Notes under the pieces: model-generated | What the model was told of the DNA's origin: nothing | Seen by the model: only the letters and a program-made list of their open reading frames with translations | Databases searched by the model: none | NCBI GenBank assembly: GCA_016182555.1 | Contig: JACPGJ010000007.1 | Coordinates: forward strand, 128,053 to 192,052 | DNA: 64,000 bases | From: Candidatus Kerfeldbacteria bacterium | GTDB lineage: Bacteria > Patescibacteriota > Patescibacteriia > UBA9570 > XYC2-FULL-38-9 | Direction of reading: 5' to 3' | Shown here: one piece after another, positions 1 to 9,332 of the stretch | How the letters are laid out: every line of letters starts with the position of its first letter | Position numbering within the stretch: the first letter of the stretch is position 1 | Made by a program: the position numbers and the translations under genes

Positions 1-205
1 GCTGAGTCTTTGCTGTTTTCTTTTTAGTGGATTTCGCGGTGCGGTGTGCTGTCGGTTTTGCTTTGCGAATCCGTGAAGCAGAAGAACGCCTCTTTTTTGT
101 AGCGATTTTCTTCTTTTTTTTCTGCGGTTGTGGGCGCGATGATTGTTTCTTTCGTTTGGACGGTTGCTTTTTTGCCATAGTGAAACATTAAATAAAAGTC
201 AGGTC

Positions 206-2062
206 CTAACCTAAACTTCGTAAAGCGTTTGTGAGTTCAGCAAAATCTTGGCTCAGTTTTTCAATCGTGACAACATCATGGGTTTTTTCGGCCTGTTGTA
301 AATCGCGCCCTAAGCGCGTAAGCCGCCGTTTGATATCCGATCGTTTCACCTGATCCAAAAGTTTGCGTAGTTCTTCTGCACGTTGTTGCGCAGTATTGTG
401 TATGTATTCTTCTTCTCCAATAAGCTGGAGTTCTTGCCATTTTGCAGCAAGTGCTACATTGCCATCGTTATGAAAATCAATGGCTTGTGGCTGCAATGAC
501 CCATGTTGATTATAAAATAACTCCAGAGATTTGTACAGTGCCTGTAGCAAAGAGTCTTGAATCAATTCTGATTCTTGGGGAATGACCGCTCGCACTTCTG
601 AAAAACCTTCCGGGTAAAGGGTAAGCAGAGCGAGTATACGGTCGAAAAGAACAAAATCTCGAGATGGACGACCAATCATTTTTCCACGCTCGCCTACCGC
701 ATTCCCCGCTTGAACCGATGCGGTTTTTTGGCGTTGGGCACTAGATCGCGGTTGTGGTTTCAATTTTAAGCGTTGCAAAATCAATTCATCATTCACCTCT
801 AATATGTTCGCCAGGAGTTTCACATAATGCGTTTGTTCAATTGGATCGGGGAAAAGAGCAATCATCGGCAGAAGTTCCGCTGCTGCTTTTTTCTTATGGT
901 GTACGTTGGTCAGGTCCAACGGAGCGAGGATCGTATCAAACGCATAATCCATAAATGGCTTCGCTTCGATGGCGCGTTTACGAAACTCTTGCGGATCTTG
1001 TCGAATCAAATCATCGGGGTCTAAGCCCGCGGGTAGGGCCAATACTTTAATATTCATCCCCTGCTGTATCGCAATTTGCATACCGCGCCAGGCGGCATGC
1101 AAACCCGCAGTATCGGCATCAAAGGCGAGAATAATATTTGAGGAATACCGTTTGAGCAAACGAATTTGTTCTTCCGTGAGTGCCGTTCCAGAAGCGGCCA
1201 CCACATTCCGAAATTTGGCTTGATGCGCGGCAATCACATCCATATATCCTTCCACCACCACAGCAGCATCCATCCGTTGAATCGCTTGTTTCGCCAAGTG
1301 TAGTCCGTAGAGCACGGCACTTTTATTATATACGGCGGTCTGCGGAGAATTGATATACTTCGCTTCTTTTGGATGTGCTTCCAAAGTGCGTGCACCGAAA
1401 CCAATGACATTTCCATGGGCATTATGAATGGGAAACATAACGCGACCTCGAAAACGATCATACCACCCACCAGTTTTTGGCGAACGAATGCTCAAGCCCG
1501 CCTTTTCAATTTCTGTATCGGTAAACCCAGCTTTTTTCAATGTCTGCAACAACGCGTCCCAAGAATCCAGGCTATACCCTAATTGAAACAATGTGGCCGT
1601 TTCTTCCGTTACACCCCGATCAGCAATATAGCGGCGAACGTGCTCTGCTTCTGTGCGTTGTGCAAAGGTGGTAGAAAAAAATTCAGCCGCTTTGCTCAAA
1701 CAATCCAGTAATCGTGTACGTTCATTATGTTCACGTGGGTTGCTTCCGCGTAATTCCACATTCGCTTTTTGGGCCAACATGCGAAGCGCTTCTGGAAATT
1801 CCACTTGCTCCATTTCTTGCACAAACGTAAACAGATCTCCTCCTTTCTGACATCCAAAACAATGAAAAAATTGTTTTGGTTCGGACACGGTAAAACTAGG
1901 CGTTTTTTCGTTGTGAAACGGACAATTCGCTTTATAGTTGACGCCCGCTTTTTTGAGCGGAATATATTCTTGAATCAGCTCAACAATATTAAGCCGATCT
2001 TTAATTTCTTGCACCGGATCTGCCATATCGTTGACTCTACCCAATGCCGCGTGCTTTGACAA
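206..2062 (-). CDS. dnaG: DNA primase DnaG
   Basis: 618 aa. N-terminal CHC2 zinc finger (CPFHNEKTPSF..HCFGCQKGGD). Central TOPRIM-like region (EGYMDVIA, ILAFDADTAG). C-terminal helical domain. Confidence 0.9.
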   Translation of the reverse strand: MSKHAALGRVNDMADPVQEIKDRLNIVELIQEYIPLKKAGVNYKANCPFHNEKTPSFTVSEPKQFFHCFGCQKGGDLFTFVQEMEQVEFPEALRMLAQKANVELRGSNPREHNERTRLLDCLSKAAEFFSTTFAQRTEAEHVRRYIADRGVTEETATLFQLGYSLDSWDALLQTLKKAGFTDTEIEKAGLSIRSPKTGGWYDRFRGRVMFPIHNAHGNVIGFGARTLEAHPKEAKYINSPQTAVYNKSAVLYGLHLAKQAIQRMDAAVVVEGYMDVIAAHQAKFRNVVAASGTALTEEQIRLLKRYSSNIILAFDADTAGLHAAWRGMQIAIQQGMNIKVLALPAGLDPDDLIRQDPQEFRKRAIEAKPFMDYAFDTILAPLDLTNVHHKKKAAAELLPMIALFPDPIEQTHYVKLLANILEVNDELILQRLKLKPQPRSSAQRQKTASVQAGNAVGERGKMIGRPSRDFVLFDRILALLTLYPEGFSEVRAVIPQESELIQDSLLQALYKSLELFYNQHGSLQPQAIDFHNDGNVALAAKWQELQLIGEEEYIHNTAQQRAEELRKLLDQVKRSDIKRRLTRLGRDLQQAEKTHDVVTIEKLSQDFAELTNALRSLG

Positions 2063-2082
2063 GCTAATGATCTCTGGCGGCT

Positions 2083-3978
2083 TTATGGAAGCAAGCGAAT
2101 ATTGCGGATAGAAGTATCATTTTTGAACTGAGTCGAAAATTGGAATTGAATCGTACGGATATGATCGCTCACTACCCAGTTTGGATACGCGCAGAGATCT
2201 AAATGATTGGTCTTGCGAATATCATTGATACGAATTGTATGAAAAGCAAGCGGCGAGGTTTCTTTTCCAACTGTCCAGGTCATGGTGAGTGGTATCGGTT
2301 GTTCTCCTTGCGGCAAGTGTTCAATAGTCAATTCGATGGAATGAAAATCACTCGGGCGAGCATTCGGGGGGAGTTCGATTGTCGGTGTAGCCACTGCATA
2401 GTTCAGTGAACTGGTTCCTTTCTGGCTCCACTGTTCCACCACATCATTGCGCAGCACAAATTGATCTTTCTTCCATTGCACGAGCGATGTATTGGTTAAA
2501 TCTCCACTACAAAATGGTGAATCCGCTACCGGCAGAGTGCCCACCGACTGAATAGATAGGTTGGTATTTTTATACTGTTCTTTCACTGCTTGGCCGAAAC
2601 TATAATAATCATGAAAAATATATGCGCCATCGATTTCACCTGGAATAGCATGAACATAGACGGTTTGTGGAATCGAGGTTGCAACGAATTCTGGATACTG
2701 AACACCAAATGTGTTCAGTATCTGCGTTGTTCTTTCAGAAGCTGCTTGCCATGGAGCCGCGTTGATCACAGTTGCAAAACCAGCAATAAACACAATTGCG
2801 GTCATAGACAAGCGGAAAAACAATGTGGGTTTGCGTGTTGCCTGTTCCTGGTACGAAATGAACCATGCGACTAATAACACCACACCTATTGACGGTGCAT
2901 AGAGAAAACGAATGTGCTTAAGATCAGTGGTAATATTCGGCAGCAAGAACAACACTGGCCAGAGATAGCAAAAGAACATACCCAACGCAAACAGTATACC
3001 GCGCCAAAATTTCCATTCTCGCAAATGACGATAATTCGATCCAAACAATACCAGGAGAAATACCGCGCTGATATATTGGTGCCACGGTGACCAAATATTG
3101 TACAACTGCGGCCATTCTTCTTTTAGCGTGCTGCTATTAAACAGATGCGAAAACAATAAAAAAATATGCGATAAATCCGCAATACTGGGCAAAAGAGTGA
3201 AGCTATCCACCACGCGCGCATCTTGCGCAACCACATTGCCCAAAACCGCAATACGGAGACCAATAAACAGAGCAGTCGCGCCAGCATAGAGCACATACAC
3301 CCACCAACGGCGCCGCATCAGTTCACGAATATGTCCCTCACTGATAAACAGGATATCCATCAGGAAAATAATCGCTGGAGTCACGATACTGAATTCCTTA
3401 AAAAATAACGACAAGAAAAATACCATAATCGAAGCCAAGTACCACCACTGCATACTCCTGCCAGCGCCCTGGCTCTGTGCGTGCAAAAAAAACCATACGG
3501 CAAGGAGCGACGCAATCAACGCCAATGAGTCTGTTCGTCCAGAAACCCACAAAATCGTTTCATGATGCAGTGGAAAAATAAAAAAGAGTAATGCCGTCGT
3601 CACCGCCAACCGTTCATTGAACAATTTTTTTATCATCACCCACACCAACCACGTCGTGAAAAAAAAGAGCAAAACATTGACGAGATGATATGACAACGGA
3701 TGCGCACCAAACACCATATAATGTAATACCCACGATAGATCAGAAAGAGGTCGCCACGCAAATGCCGTTAAATATGGATGGAGGACATAACCAATAGGGT
3801 GGCTCTGTCGCTCCATTTCATACAGATACCGCCAATCATCTCCCAAAAAGGTCAACCGCGAAGCCAGAACCACATACCACCCACCAAACACAATAAAAAC
3901 CAAAGACACATACGGGTAGCGGCCGCCAAACTGCTTGAAACGTTCATACCATAAACGAAAAATGGAAAAGCGATGCAT
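2083..3978 (-). CDS. polytopic membrane glycosyltransferase, GT39/PMT/ArnT-like (about 11 N-terminal TM helices plus a C-terminal extracytoplasmic domain)
   Basis: 631 aa. Many hydrophobic helices in the first 400 residues. Architecture resembles dolichyl-phosphate-mannose protein mannosyltransferase-like enzymes. Family assignment is by architecture only. It sits in an operon with dnaG. Confidence 0.45.
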   Translation of the reverse strand: MHRFSIFRLWYERFKQFGGRYPYVSLVFIVFGGWYVVLASRLTFLGDDWRYLYEMERQSHPIGYVLHPYLTAFAWRPLSDLSWVLHYMVFGAHPLSYHLVNVLLFFFTTWLVWVMIKKLFNERLAVTTALLFFIFPLHHETILWVSGRTDSLALIASLLAVWFFLHAQSQGAGRSMQWWYLASIMVFFLSLFFKEFSIVTPAIIFLMDILFISEGHIRELMRRRWWVYVLYAGATALFIGLRIAVLGNVVAQDARVVDSFTLLPSIADLSHIFLLFSHLFNSSTLKEEWPQLYNIWSPWHQYISAVFLLVLFGSNYRHLREWKFWRGILFALGMFFCYLWPVLFLLPNITTDLKHIRFLYAPSIGVVLLVAWFISYQEQATRKPTLFFRLSMTAIVFIAGFATVINAAPWQAASERTTQILNTFGVQYPEFVATSIPQTVYVHAIPGEIDGAYIFHDYYSFGQAVKEQYKNTNLSIQSVGTLPVADSPFCSGDLTNTSLVQWKKDQFVLRNDVVEQWSQKGTSSLNYAVATPTIELPPNARPSDFHSIELTIEHLPQGEQPIPLTMTWTVGKETSPLAFHTIRINDIRKTNHLDLCAYPNWVVSDHIRTIQFQFSTQFKNDTSIRNIRLLP

Positions 3979-3995
3979 GATAATAGTATTCGAAA

Positions 3996-6440
3996 TTATC
4001 TACACTGAGTCAGATCTGTAGAAGTTTTGAGAACACCAGCACTACTGATATATACACAATACAGTGTGCGAGGATCCGTCGCAGAAGCTGCATACATCAG
4101 TATACCTGTTGTTGCACGCGGCGCCCCATACTGGCCAAACCCAGAGCCACTATACATTTTTAATATTTCGTAGCTTGACGCACTCACGTCTGCTGTCGGT
4201 AACCAAAAATAACTTCCATCATAAATCAACCCATACAGTTTGCCGGATGATGAAAAATATTCACCGGTCAATGCGTCATTCGCTATACTGTAGGCTTGAA
4301 TACTCGATGTTCCTGAATTTCCAGAAGGCGATTGTCCAATCCAAATTTTTGAACCATCAAACACAAGAAACTGAGGAACGTCTGCAATAGCACTCGCAAT
4401 GGAAAGAAAAAATGTTGTGCGTGAATCTGCCAAATCATACCGTACCAGTGAACCGTCTGAAATAGCAAACCAAAGAAAACGGCCATCATACACAATATTG
4501 CTGGTAATATCATCAATCAATACCGTGGCTGTCGTGACCGCACTCCCACTTGGAGTCAACTGAAGTAAATCTCCATTCACCACCGTCCATACCACCCCAT
4601 CTTTATACAATAATGCGCTCAAGGTTCCACTGGAATTATCATAAACGGTTGTTGCGGTTGATGAGGAAATAGAAAATTTCGATACACGTGCAGGGGAAGT
4701 TCTCCCTAACCAAATAGTATCTGCCCCATCGTATGTGGCAAAATCAATATCTCCAACACTCAATGTGCCAACGGTCGAGGGGGTAGTCGCTACAGGAAAC
4801 GTTTGAAATTTACTCCCCGTGCCAAAAGCATATACTGTACTGTTTGCTAATATCATGGTTCGTGCAGCGATCGTTGTACTAACCGTAGCCGTATAATTCG
4901 TTAATGGATTCATACGCATAATTTTGGAAGTATCAGTAAACGCTAACCACAGCTCTGAACCATCATACAGAGCAAACTTGGGGCTAGAAGCAACGGAAAT
5001 GCGACGATCTAAATGAAAACCCGTAGAACCATACACTCCATTTTCTGAGTTTTCGTTTGCATAAAACTGACCACCTAAAAACACCCCATGATTCTCTATC
5101 GTGGCTGGTTGAATAATATCAATCGCCCGCCGAGATGCTCCTCCGGTGACATCAATGCTCACCCCCGTACCGCTCACTGAAGAAAGAGACAACGTGGGCT
5201 GTGTGCTGGCAGAAGTGCTGAATGCCGCCGCCGTTCCAGACACCGAACTGGCGCTCAATGCTGTATTACTACCGGGCGCAACAGCAGAAATGACGGTACC
5301 ACTGGTTGATGTTGCATAGATAGCGTTATCAGTACTACTACTAGCATAAATAGCTGGGTCAGTTTCAGAATAAGCAAACACTCCGTTTCCTTGATATGTT
5401 TCCGCATCAATGGCTGTGCCGTCAGCTGCATTTTGTACGGTTAAACCATTCAGCACATGAACACGCACACCATAGCCAAGTGTATCCGATGTACTGGTAT
5501 TCTCAATATATGCGACTGCACTCTGTGATCCACCTCCAGAAGCACTCACATAGAGTAAACCATGAAACAAACCCGAATAATTTGAACCACCAAAATACGC
5601 ACAATTCACCGCACCTTGGTTGCATAATGCTGCGCCATAATAGGCAGCGGAAATCGCGTTTGCATATAAAGCATAATTGTTGGAACTTTCTGCAACCACT
5701 CCATTACCCGACTCCCCTTTGCCATAAATCCCTGCACTCTGTGCGGAGGTATTTGAGCTATATCCTAAAATGCCGTACGTTCCTGCAGAAGCGGCAATCA
5801 ACGCCTCACCAGTCGACGTTGTCCATCCTCCTGGATCAGTAATCGCATCAACGTCAATATCATCTATACTAATGGCTATCCCCTCGCCCGCGCCAGTATT
5901 CTCTACTTCTAGCGCAGCACCTACGGTTTGACTGGTAAATACCCCAGCAGCATAATTATTTGATAACGCATGAATCCCCCAATCTTCTCCATACAGATCC
6001 AAACCTTGGAGTGCATCTACCGTCATACCCGTAGCTGGAGAAATGACATGCAAACCGTTACCATTGTTGCTCTCCACATAGAGCGCAACACCAGTACCGC
6101 TATAATGCAAATCTATTCCGTATGCCGCATTGGTATCAAGAACCAAGGACCCATCACCACCCAATATAGTACTGAGTTCCAATTGCCCGGCACGAAGGGT
6201 ATTCTGAATATTGAGTATACCAAGCTTGGTTTGTTCAACATCTGCCACATTCAAGGGAGCGGCCACTAAACAACTCGGCGCCGTGGGGTCCACATCTGGG
6301 TTACATGATGGTGGATTCCAGGCTGCAATCACCGTTTGCGGTAAAGCAGAGATACACAAAAAAACGCTCGCAATGAACGCAAGAATAGATCTATTTCCTA
6401 ATAGAAATACCTCTTTCATTGTATTGACATGAGTACTCAA
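3996..6440 (-). CDS. secreted surface protein with an N-terminal signal peptide, a long Gly/Ser/Thr/Ala-rich region and six C-terminal beta-propeller-like repeats
   Basis: 814 aa. Signal-like N-terminus (ILAFIASVFLCISALPQTVIAA). Six ~40-45-aa repeats with a YDG..xW core (ALYDGSELWLAF, ATYDGADTIWLG, LLYKDGVVWTVV, IVYDGRFLWFAI, LVFDGSKIWIGQ, LIYDGSYFWLPT). Confidence 0.5.
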   Translation of the reverse strand: MSTHVNTMKEVFLLGNRSILAFIASVFLCISALPQTVIAAWNPPSCNPDVDPTAPSCLVAAPLNVADVEQTKLGILNIQNTLRAGQLELSTILGGDGSLVLDTNAAYGIDLHYSGTGVALYVESNNGNGLHVISPATGMTVDALQGLDLYGEDWGIHALSNNYAAGVFTSQTVGAALEVENTGAGEGIAISIDDIDVDAITDPGGWTTSTGEALIAASAGTYGILGYSSNTSAQSAGIYGKGESGNGVVAESSNNYALYANAISAAYYGAALCNQGAVNCAYFGGSNYSGLFHGLLYVSASGGGSQSAVAYIENTSTSDTLGYGVRVHVLNGLTVQNAADGTAIDAETYQGNGVFAYSETDPAIYASSSTDNAIYATSTSGTVISAVAPGSNTALSASSVSGTAAAFSTSASTQPTLSLSSVSGTGVSIDVTGGASRRAIDIIQPATIENHGVFLGGQFYANENSENGVYGSTGFHLDRRISVASSPKFALYDGSELWLAFTDTSKIMRMNPLTNYTATVSTTIAARTMILANSTVYAFGTGSKFQTFPVATTPSTVGTLSVGDIDFATYDGADTIWLGRTSPARVSKFSISSSTATTVYDNSSGTLSALLYKDGVVWTVVNGDLLQLTPSGSAVTTATVLIDDITSNIVYDGRFLWFAISDGSLVRYDLADSRTTFFLSIASAIADVPQFLVFDGSKIWIGQSPSGNSGTSSIQAYSIANDALTGEYFSSSGKLYGLIYDGSYFWLPTADVSASSYEILKMYSGSGFGQYGAPRATTGILMYAASATDPRTLYCVYISSAGVLKTSTDLTQCR

Positions 6441-6483
6441 TAATTATATAATATCGACACTGAACCGGCAACTGTTCTCTTGC

Positions 6484-7005
6484 ATGAATACGTCAAGGAG
6501 TACAACCAAGATGCAAAAACACCATACAATTATTTTGTTCACCTCGTTTGGCGCTTCTCTTCTCTCCATAATCTTGATCGCGATGCTCGTCTATCTGGTG
6601 CTCGCCAGCAAAATCGTTAATGGCAAACTCATCTCTCGACCCATTGAACAGACGAACTCTACGCAAACAAGCACAGAAGAGCATACCAATACGTCCACAA
6701 GCGATGAACAGGAATATCTCTTTTCTGGTGTTGTTTCAGAAACCGGTGAACGCACATATCGCATCAACACACCGCTGTCCGCTAGCACAGAACGGGTCTC
6801 TATAGAGGTGAGCTATTCTGAACAGACCCTATTTTCCGCCATTGACACCACACACCCACCGCTCCCTGGTTCATCCACCAGCGCTGTGAGCGCAACCAGT
6901 GCTGATGCCATTCACGTGGGCGATACGGTTGAAGTGATGACCAATATACGCATCACAACAGAAACCGTTTCAGTGGCCGCAAAAGAGATACATCAATTAC
7001 AATAA
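6484..7005 (+). CDS. membrane-anchored Ser/Thr-rich hypothetical protein
   Basis: 173 aa. Single N-terminal TM helix (IILFTSFGASLLSIILIAMLVYLVLA) followed by an S/T-rich extracellular portion. Confidence 0.4.
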   Translation: MNTSRSTTKMQKHHTIILFTSFGASLLSIILIAMLVYLVLASKIVNGKLISRPIEQTNSTQTSTEEHTNTSTSDEQEYLFSGVVSETGERTYRINTPLSASTERVSIEVSYSEQTLFSAIDTTHPPLPGSSTSAVSATSADAIHVGDTVEVMTNIRITTETVSVAAKEIHQLQ

Positions 7006-7025
7006 TTCATTATTAAATCAACGAT

Positions 7026-7586
7026 ATGACTACATGGATCATTCTAGGAGGAATTGTGCTCATTGTGTTCTGGATCATTGGAACCTATAACAGCTTGGTA
7101 AAATTACGCACGCAAGCAGAAGAAGGCTGGTCGGATATTGACGTACAACTGAAACGTCGTTACGACTTGATTCCAAATTTGATTGAAACCGTGAAAGGAT
7201 ACGCCGCACATGAAAAAGAAGTATTTCAAAAAGTGACCGAAGCGCGGGCAAACGCGATGCGCGCAGAAAGCGGCGGAAATGCGAAAGAATTGTTGGCGGC
7301 AGAAAATATGCTCAGCAGCACATTAAAATCGTTATTTGCAGTTTCAGAAAACTATCCGCAACTGAAAGCCGACCAAAATTTTGCAAAACTGCAAGATGAA
7401 CTTGCTGATACCGAAAATAAAATTCAAGCATCTCGCCGTTTCTACAATGGTACGGTACGGGATTTGAATACCAAAATTGATACCTTCCCAACAAAATTGA
7501 TTGCTTCCCCGTTTGGATTTGCGAAACGTGAATTCTTCGAAGTGGAAAATGAAGCAGAACGCGCTACACCACAAGTGAAATTTTAA
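7026..7586 (+). CDS. lemA: LemA family protein
   Basis: 186 aa. N-terminal TM helix then a typical LemA core ([46 protein letters not shown] ... [17 protein letters not shown]). Confidence 0.8.
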   Translation: MTTWIILGGIVLIVFWIIGTYNSLVKLRTQAEEGWSDIDVQLKRRYDLIPNLIETVKGYAAHEKEVFQKVTEARANAMRAESGGNAKELLAAENMLSSTLKSLFAVSENYPQLKADQNFAKLQDELADTENKIQASRRFYNGTVRDLNTKIDTFPTKLIASPFGFAKREFFEVENEAERATPQVKF

Positions 7587-7598
7587 CTACACTCATCC

Positions 7599-8519
7599 AT
7601 GGCAGTAACCGCCTATCAACAAATTAGCGCAAATAAACGCCGAAGTATTGGCTTAATCCTGGTCTTTGTGGTTTTTGTTTGTGTCGTCGGGTATTTCTTC
7701 GGTGAATATTATGGTACCGGTGGATATACTGGGTTATATATCGCGGCTCTAATCTCCTTCTTTATGACCCTCACCAGCATCTTCGCGGGCGACAAATTAG
7801 CACTCGCTTCCTCTGGTGCACAGGAAATTCAAAAAGAAGATAACCCCTACGTGTGGCGCTTGGTCGAAAATGTCGCCATGACTGCCGGTCTCCCTATGCC
7901 ACGCGTCTATATTATTCCAGACAACGGCATGAATGCTTTCGCCACCGGCCGCAACCCGGAACACGCTTCTATTGCACTAACTGCCGGCATTATTGATGCG
8001 CTCGAAAATGAAGAACTAGAGGCGGTGATTGCCCATGAACTCTCGCATATTAAAAACTATGATACTCGACTGCTCATGATCGTTGTTGTGTTGGTCGGTA
8101 TCATTTCGCTATTATCGAATTGGGTATTGCGTTCTCAATTATGGGGTGGTGACCGCAGACGCAACAACAATAATCGAGGAGGCGGCCAACTTGAACTGAT
8201 TCTTGCTCTAGTTGGCATTGTATTTATTATTCTCTCTCCTATTATTGCTGAGCTCATTAAACTAGCGATATCACGCAAACGGGAATACCTCGCAGATGCT
8301 TCAGCCGTATTGCTCACTCGCTATGCTCAAGGGTTGGCTAGTGCTTTGGAAAAAATTGCCGCACAAGAAGATCATGGTCGATTACAACGAGCAAACCAAG
8401 CCACGGCCCATCTCTTTTTTGTGAATCCCTTTGGTGGTACGCGGAAGTGGCTCACCAATGTGTTCTCTACACACCCACCGATTGAAGATCGCATTGCTCG
8501 CTTGCGGCAAATGAGTTAA
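7599..8519 (+). CDS. htpX: zinc metalloprotease HtpX (peptidase M48)
   Basis: 306 aa. HEXXH motif (IAHELSHIKNYD). TM helices at the N-terminus and mid-protein. The classic LemA-HtpX pairing with the upstream gene. Confidence 0.85.
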   Translation: MAVTAYQQISANKRRSIGLILVFVVFVCVVGYFFGEYYGTGGYTGLYIAALISFFMTLTSIFAGDKLALASSGAQEIQKEDNPYVWRLVENVAMTAGLPMPRVYIIPDNGMNAFATGRNPEHASIALTAGIIDALENEELEAVIAHELSHIKNYDTRLLMIVVVLVGIISLLSNWVLRSQLWGGDRRRNNNNRGGGQLELILALVGIVFIILSPIIAELIKLAISRKREYLADASAVLLTRYAQGLASALEKIAAQEDHGRLQRANQATAHLFFVNPFGGTRKWLTNVFSTHPPIEDRIARLRQMS

Positions 8520-8555
8520 TATAGATAACAGAAATCACTCTCTCGTCTATATGCT

Positions 8556-9332
8556 ATGACAAAAACAAACATTCACCGCGAAGTCATTGCCGTAAGCAAA
8601 AGTTACCACGATACCGTTGCGCTCTATGGCCGTTCATTTTTTCGTTTTATGGGCATTGCGTTTATTCCCACAGCCCTCACCTTTGTGCTCATTAATGCCT
8701 TCACCCTGTTTGCCCTCACCACTTACGCTTCCGGACGCATGGCCTATTTTATTGCAACCATGCTCGTGATTGTCACGATTATCCTCATTCAAGTTTGGGC
8801 ATTTATTGCACTCATTTATATTTCACTTCATCATGAAACCAGTACAGTTGCGGAATCGTTTCATCATGCCCTCCATTTCTTTTGGCGCTTTGTGAAACTG
8901 GGGCTTGCCGTTTCTGGTATTTTCTTTCTATCATTCCTGGCTGGATATATCGTCGTCGGCATCATTGGTATTATTCTCGGCCATTTTTCTTTGTCTGTGT
9001 TGAATAGTACTTTTGATTGGCTCACTCTTATTCCCCTTGGAGTCAGTGCCGTGGTATCGACATATTATCTCTTTGCACCATTTAGTATTATCGATACTCA
9101 TGCCGGAACCATAGCGGCATTGAAACACAGCAGACATTTGGTTCGTGGACATTTTTGGCCTACGGCTATTCGTGTTGTCCTGCTCTATGTCGTCGTTGGT
9201 ATGTTCACCTACGCGTTCCAATATGTACCGGCTGTCGGTAGTATCCTCTCTCTCTTGCTTGTTAGCCCATTTTCTGTTATTTATCTCTCTGTCTTGTATC
9301 GCGAACTGACTGTATCGAAACCGCTCTCATGA
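8556..9332 (+). CDS. polytopic integral membrane protein, function unknown
   Basis: 258 aa with about 6 hydrophobic helices. Its stop overlaps the start of the downstream Clp ATPase (ATGA). Confidence 0.4.
   Translation: MTKTNIHREVIAVSKSYHDTVALYGRSFFRFMGIAFIPTALTFVLINAFTLFALTTYASGRMAYFIATMLVIVTIILIQVWAFIALIYISLHHETSTVAESFHHALHFFWRFVKLGLAVSGIFFLSFLAGYIVVGIIGIILGHFSLSVLNSTFDWLTLIPLGVSAVVSTYYLFAPFSIIDTHAGTIAALKHSRHLVRGHFWPTAIRVVLLYVVVGMFTYAFQYVPAVGSILSLLLVSPFSVIYLSVLYRELTVSKPLS

Noticed and set aside
1-205. Possible partial gene at the left edge
   Set aside because: Only about 200 nt with no recognisable motif; it cannot be supported from this window.
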